Shown here in pieces: positions 17,301-20,000 of a stretch of 20,000 nt of DNA. Each line of letters opens with the position of its first letter. Positions within the stretch are counted from its first letter, which is position 1. The translations under genes were made by a program, and so were the position numbers. The notes beneath the pieces were generated by a model. It saw only the letters and a list, made by a program, of their open reading frames with translations. It was not told the DNA's origin and searched no databases. The DNA comes from an uncultured virus (IMG/VR IMGVR_UViG_3300031555_000852) (Duplodnaviria; Heunggongvirae; Uroviricota; Caudoviricetes). Location of the stretch: IMG/VR virus record IMGVR_UViG_3300031555_000852, positions 45,254-65,253 of that record. One strand, 5' to 3'.

Positions 17301-18418
17301 TCAGCATCACCCGTACCGAACTTGAACGCTCCGCCCTCATTCACCATATTCATAAGGTGATTTTTGACTTCGTCTACTTTCACATCGAGACTCTCTGCAT
17401 CGTAGGCTAACGACTCAAACTGCTTTTTGGATGCTCCGAGTTCAATCATTTTTGCGGACTTCTTTCGGATAGCCTCTATTTTCTTTTCAAGTTTATCCAG
17501 TTCATTAAGAGATTTCTGGTATTCCTCAGTATACGGGCTCTCGTTAGATTTGGCTCGTGTTTGAATGTTGCCCGCTCTATTGCCAGCAGACATTGCAAAA
17601 CTGTTTACCTGACGAGATAATTCACCCTTATTGCCTTCGCCAAATCTAAATGCCTTGCCAGTCGTAACTGCCTCTCTCATTTTCTTAATGAGTTTATCCA
17701 TCTCAGTGGAGACCTGCTCGGTGTCGTATCGCAATGCTTCCCACTGCTTATCCGTGGCACCGAGGGCTTCCATACGCTTGGATTTTGTGTCAAGGTCCTC
17801 TAACTTCTTCTTGTACGCCTCCGCTTGCTTGACCATCTCTGCGTACTCGTCAGTGATTTTGTTATCCTTGACGGTCTGGTTAAAGTTCTCACTTTTGGCA
17901 TTGAGGGCTTCCTGTGCAGACAGAACCTTTTTGTAAGCGTTGGCAACTTTTTCAAGTTGGATAGGCTGTGCCTTATCTACAAAATCCAAAGGATTTATGT
18001 TATTGCGAGCCTCGATGAGAGCGTCCAGTTCTTTTCTCGCCTCTGCGAGATGCGGGGCCGCAGCCGGGCCCAACTGCGACAGTTCGTTTATCAACGCTTC
18101 CTGACCTCTTATGGCCGCATTGACTTCGGATATTTTACTTTTATATTCTTCTGTAGATGCTCCTGCGCGTATGAGGGCTTCCTGATACCGCAATTGGGCA
18201 TCTTCTGCGGCCTGCAGGCTCTTTTTTACAGAAGTCATTGCCGCGTCTATAGGCTTGTTGATGGCTGAGGCGTCAATTCCCTTAAACGCATCCTGGATGG
18301 ATTTCTTAATACCTGTCATCTGTGCAGATATGGCTTTTTGTGCGTCCTTCAAATCCAGGCTCGACATATCAATATCTGTAACTTCCAGCTGTACAGGTAC
18401 AATTACGGGTTCAGCCAT
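14396..18418 (-). CDS. Tail tape measure protein (1340 aa)
   Basis: Long helical/coiled-coil protein with D-W/F periodic repeats, an 11-residue Pro-periodic hydrophobic region and C-terminal IPKLAQGAVIPP; follows the chaperone genes; GGAGGTG RBS. Confidence 0.93.
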   Translation of the reverse strand: MAEPVIVPVQLEVTDIDMSSLDLKDAQKAISAQMTGIKKSIQDAFKGIDASAINKPIDAAMTSVKKSLQAAEDAQLRYQEALIRAGASTEEYKSKISEVNAAIRGQEALINELSQLGPAAAPHLAEARKELDALIEARNNINPLDFVDKAQPIQLEKVANAYKKVLSAQEALNAKSENFNQTVKDNKITDEYAEMVKQAEAYKKKLEDLDTKSKRMEALGATDKQWEALRYDTEQVSTEMDKLIKKMREAVTTGKAFRFGEGNKGELSRQVNSFAMSAGNRAGNIQTRAKSNESPYTEEYQKSLNELDKLEKKIEAIRKKSAKMIELGASKKQFESLAYDAESLDVKVDEVKNHLMNMVNEGGAFKFGTGDADAEIQKLRDKSAGLQSTLTGVVTNAKKAQGGLTALGATHPKLAAVLNVAGKIAVGFGKVLKVAGKVAVAIGKGFVGAVKVLGKVASAVGRIATGFVNLGKRIFSSIRNMNLFGKSGKKSTNDMNSRFKKLTRNFLMFGLGFRTAYYAIKRLRNIFIEGFKVMGDQFDEVGEPMKEMMESFNRLKGSLATAFQPLAQVVMPILTRFMNYMSGVLEGMGKFMATLTGQGHIYKAVAKDINSVAGAAKNANKQLGSYDKLEVIQDNNTGYEYEKQDISATEDAASSFAQMVKDAWEKADFTGVGQFVTEKLLGVLDNVEKNIVPRVTGLVNKVLASINTFLTGFDATAIGDKIGSIVNTLVNGIDWAQLGALFANINNTVWGFLDGLTNGIDWANLGTSFAAGITSMFETIDFGKWAGMISGFANGITTAIYSMLTNVDWASVAEQLGNAVNNLFTRLDLAQIGTTIKTLFDSLWTVIGNFFATVDFEMIATNLANGINNIFNGDSSAFNEAMPHIANGLVTFLVTAITKINWAQIAETLFSGLMTILNSVGTAMQNSDNPIVSAFGDVVLAIKDAFEILKPAIESIIQAFGPIVQSILPIISTLLPPIAEIISTAVQMVMPVLVELFEALMPILDDLMSILLPIILDLLTSLQPIFDALTETVLPVIVHLLDACMPLIEGVLNLVTDLLAPLLELIGPLLEIVFNILDPIITILEPILDILGVLCDVIGDILRPVLEALTPILDAVSAVFEMLGPIIEVLVSILIKPLAGALKFIIGIIEGVAVPIIKVLMKVVEALMDVVKMAANGITIAFSAIQKGLEKAGTAIKGVINGILGGFEGFANGFIKAINSVIKALNKLSFDVPDWVPGLGGKKFGFNIKEIKEIKIPKLAQGAVIPPNNEFLAMLGDQKHGTNIEAPLDTIKQALAEVMAEIGGIGSREPIVLQVNGRVLAKVVWDEQEKRYKQTGHAMA

Positions 18419-18420
18419 TA

Positions 18421-19008
18421 TTAACCACCTCCTTTATTCCAAATATCACGAACAAGATTATTGAGGTCTTGCTCTTTCGCCGTCTGCCTCCATACAAAGT
18501 ATTTGGGATTGTTCTTCTTGAAGTCTTTTTCCCACTGCTCCAACTTTTTATGGTGTGCGATTTTATCTCGGATACCCACGACAGTCGATAGCACAGATTG
18601 TCCTACTGACATATAGTAGCCTAAAAATGTCCACCAGTGTAGATATTCTACGGAACGAATTTCTTGATTGGCTACATTATTCACTGCGGCACAAACGATT
18701 TGGGAGTCTTGTTCCCAATCGACAAGCGAGACATCACGCTCTGCCCCTGGTGAATTGTCCTCTCCTCCATTGATGAATTTGTACATCTCTTTCACAAGGT
18801 CATTGAGTTGTGGCTCATACTCTCGCAAATCATCGAGGTCGTTAAACTCGTTATAGAATATTAAAAGAGAAGCGAGGACACGGTAGTCCTCGCTTAATTC
18901 TTCATCCTGGAGTGCTTTGAAGCAATCTAATACCATACGAAAGTCGCCGCGTTCCCTAATATTAAATTCGAGGTCGCCCGCTATAACTTTTGTAGGTAAT
19001 CTGTACAT
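18421..19008 (-). CDS. Gp15-like tail assembly chaperone
   Basis: DFRMVL...DWEQD...YLHWWTFLGYY...VVGIR motifs, as in the Listeria phage A118 Gp15 family; immediately upstream of TMP; own GAGGAG RBS. Confidence 0.82.
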   Translation of the reverse strand: MYRLPTKVIAGDLEFNIRERGDFRMVLDCFKALQDEELSEDYRVLASLLIFYNEFNDLDDLREYEPQLNDLVKEMYKFINGGEDNSPGAERDVSLVDWEQDSQIVCAAVNNVANQEIRSVEYLHWWTFLGYYMSVGQSVLSTVVGIRDKIAHHKKLEQWEKDFKKNNPKYFVWRQTAKEQDLNNLVRDIWNKGGG

Positions 19009-19010
19009 AC

Positions 19011-19505
19011 TTATCTCCTCGTATATTTGTCAGTATGCTTCTTCAACTGCTTCTCCATCTGCTTAAACTCGGACTGGAGATTATCCTCGTACTGCTTCAT
19101 CATCAAGGCGATGATGTGTTCGTATCTAAAACTACCGTTGAACGGGTCATACATCGAACCGCTCGGTGCGGCAGCCTGCGATACAGGAGCATCGAACATA
19201 AAGTCAAGCAGTTCTCTCATCTCGCCATCGACCGTAGAAAGTCTTTCTGCCATCGTGGTGATGCCTTCGAATGCTTCGCCTTCTTCAACGCTGACTCCTT
19301 CAGTCAGTTTAGAAGCCTTCTCCTGCAGATTCTGGAGTTTAGGATATGCCTCGCTGACTCTCTGCATCAGGTTCATATCCGAAGTGTTCACTTCGACTAC
19401 TCTGGTGTCATCTTTGTCGAAACGGAATTTCTTCTTCCGTGTGGCAGAGAGGTCAAGGTCGATAATTTCATTGTTGACGGTGTTGAAAGTGGGGTCCTTA
19501 ATCAT
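19011..19505 (-). CDS. Tail assembly chaperone (164 aa)
   Basis: Lies between the major tail protein and the Gp15-like gene; helical and acidic; AAGGAG RBS. Confidence 0.72.
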   Translation of the reverse strand: MIKDPTFNTVNNEIIDLDLSATRKKKFRFDKDDTRVVEVNTSDMNLMQRVSEAYPKLQNLQEKASKLTEGVSVEEGEAFEGITTMAERLSTVDGEMRELLDFMFDAPVSQAAAPSGSMYDPFNGSFRYEHIIALMMKQYEDNLQSEFKQMEKQLKKHTDKYTRR

Positions 19506-19537
19506 AGTACATTCTCCTTATAAATAGATTTGTTTTC

Positions 19538-19565
19538 GTGAGAGAGTCCCACAGGACTCTCTCAC
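19538..19565. other. Perfect 12-bp stem-loop after the major tail gene
   Basis: GTGAGAGAGTCC-caca-GGACTCTCTCAC; no U-tract in the coding (minus) direction. Confidence 0.7.
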
Positions 19566-19579
19566 TTGTTAAACTTTAA

Positions 19580-20000
19580 TTAGGCAGTTGCGACATCCTT
19601 CGTGAACTCGAAATCGTCTGCCAACTTGTCTACAGTACCAACCTCGATGTCGTTGCTGTAGTGTACCTCGATGGGCATAGATACATACGCATCACCGCCG
19701 AGAGAGGTAGGAATGATGGAGCAACCCTTGTGCATAACAGTCTTGTACTTGGTTGCCGCAGTCGTACCGCTCTTATCGTTGATAAATGCGGCAATGATGT
19801 AAACATTGAACTTACCGTTGTAGTCGTTGATTCTGTTTTCGAGGGCCGCATCAACAAGATACTCGCCGAGCTTGGAACCACCGAGAAGGAAGAAGGGGTC
19901 GAAGCTCTGCTGAGGCTCGGTCTTGTTTACATCGGTGTAGGTAGTGCCGAGAATATCCGTAGAAGTTGCAACATCCGCGTTGAACTCGATAGACGAATCC
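19580..20000 (-). CDS. Major tail (tube) protein, C-terminal part
   Basis: Not in the ORF track. Open frame from the window edge: DSSIEFNADVATSTDILGTTYTDV...SIIPTSLGGDAYVSMPIEVHYSND...TKDVATA*. Position upstream of chaperones and TMP supports the call. Confidence 0.8.
   Translation of the reverse strand, partial: DSSIEFNADVATSTDILGTTYTDVNKTEPQQSFDPFFLLGGSKLGEYLVDAALENRINDYNGKFNVYIIAAFINDKSGTTAATKYKTVMHKGCSIIPTSLGGDAYVSMPIEVHYSNDIEVGTVDKLADDFEFTKDVATA

Noticed and set aside
18990..19040. Programmed -1 frameshift fusing the two tail chaperones (lambda G/GT type)
   Set aside because: The second gene is in the -1 frame, but that frame is open for only 7 codons before its ATG (TGA upstream). No X XXY YYZ slippery heptamer is present, and the gene has its own GAGGAG RBS.
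1603..19582. Stop-codon reassignment, since no gene ends in TAG (all TAA or TGA)
   Set aside because: All genes are full length under the standard code with no in-frame TAG or TGA interruptions, so there is no evidence of recoding.
19630..19881. 83-aa minus-strand ORF in the track
   Set aside because: Alternative frame inside the major tail protein gene, whose own frame is open from the window edge to 19580.

Overview
This window is part of a tailed dsDNA phage genome, siphovirus-like. The host is probably a Firmicute, inferred from strong AAGGAG/GGAGG ribosome-binding sites (RBS) and sigma-A type promoters. All real genes lie on the minus strand. In transcription order (right to left) the tail module is: major tail protein (partial), two tail assembly chaperones (the second Gp15-like), 1340-aa tape measure, Dit-like protein, Tal/hub-like protein and a putative receptor-binding protein, ending in an intrinsic terminator. 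With no lysis or integrase gene in between, a replication region follows under three related promoters: HARP+SNF2 ATPase, Xis/AlpA-like HTH, small ORFs (one an unannotated 38-aa membrane peptide), replication initiator, DnaC-like loader, DnaB-like helicase, XRE HTH, DnaG-like primase, two hypotheticals, gp32-like SSB and a family A DNA polymerase (partial, Leu at the 762-equivalent position). The most notable non-coding signals are: (1) a ~190-nt structured leader before the initiator gene with mutually exclusive stems and complementary loops; (2) a candidate origin inside the initiator gene; (3) an inverted-repeat-bounded 113-bp element at the tail/replication junction; (4) strong GATC depletion. 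All calls come from manual reading; no database searches were run.
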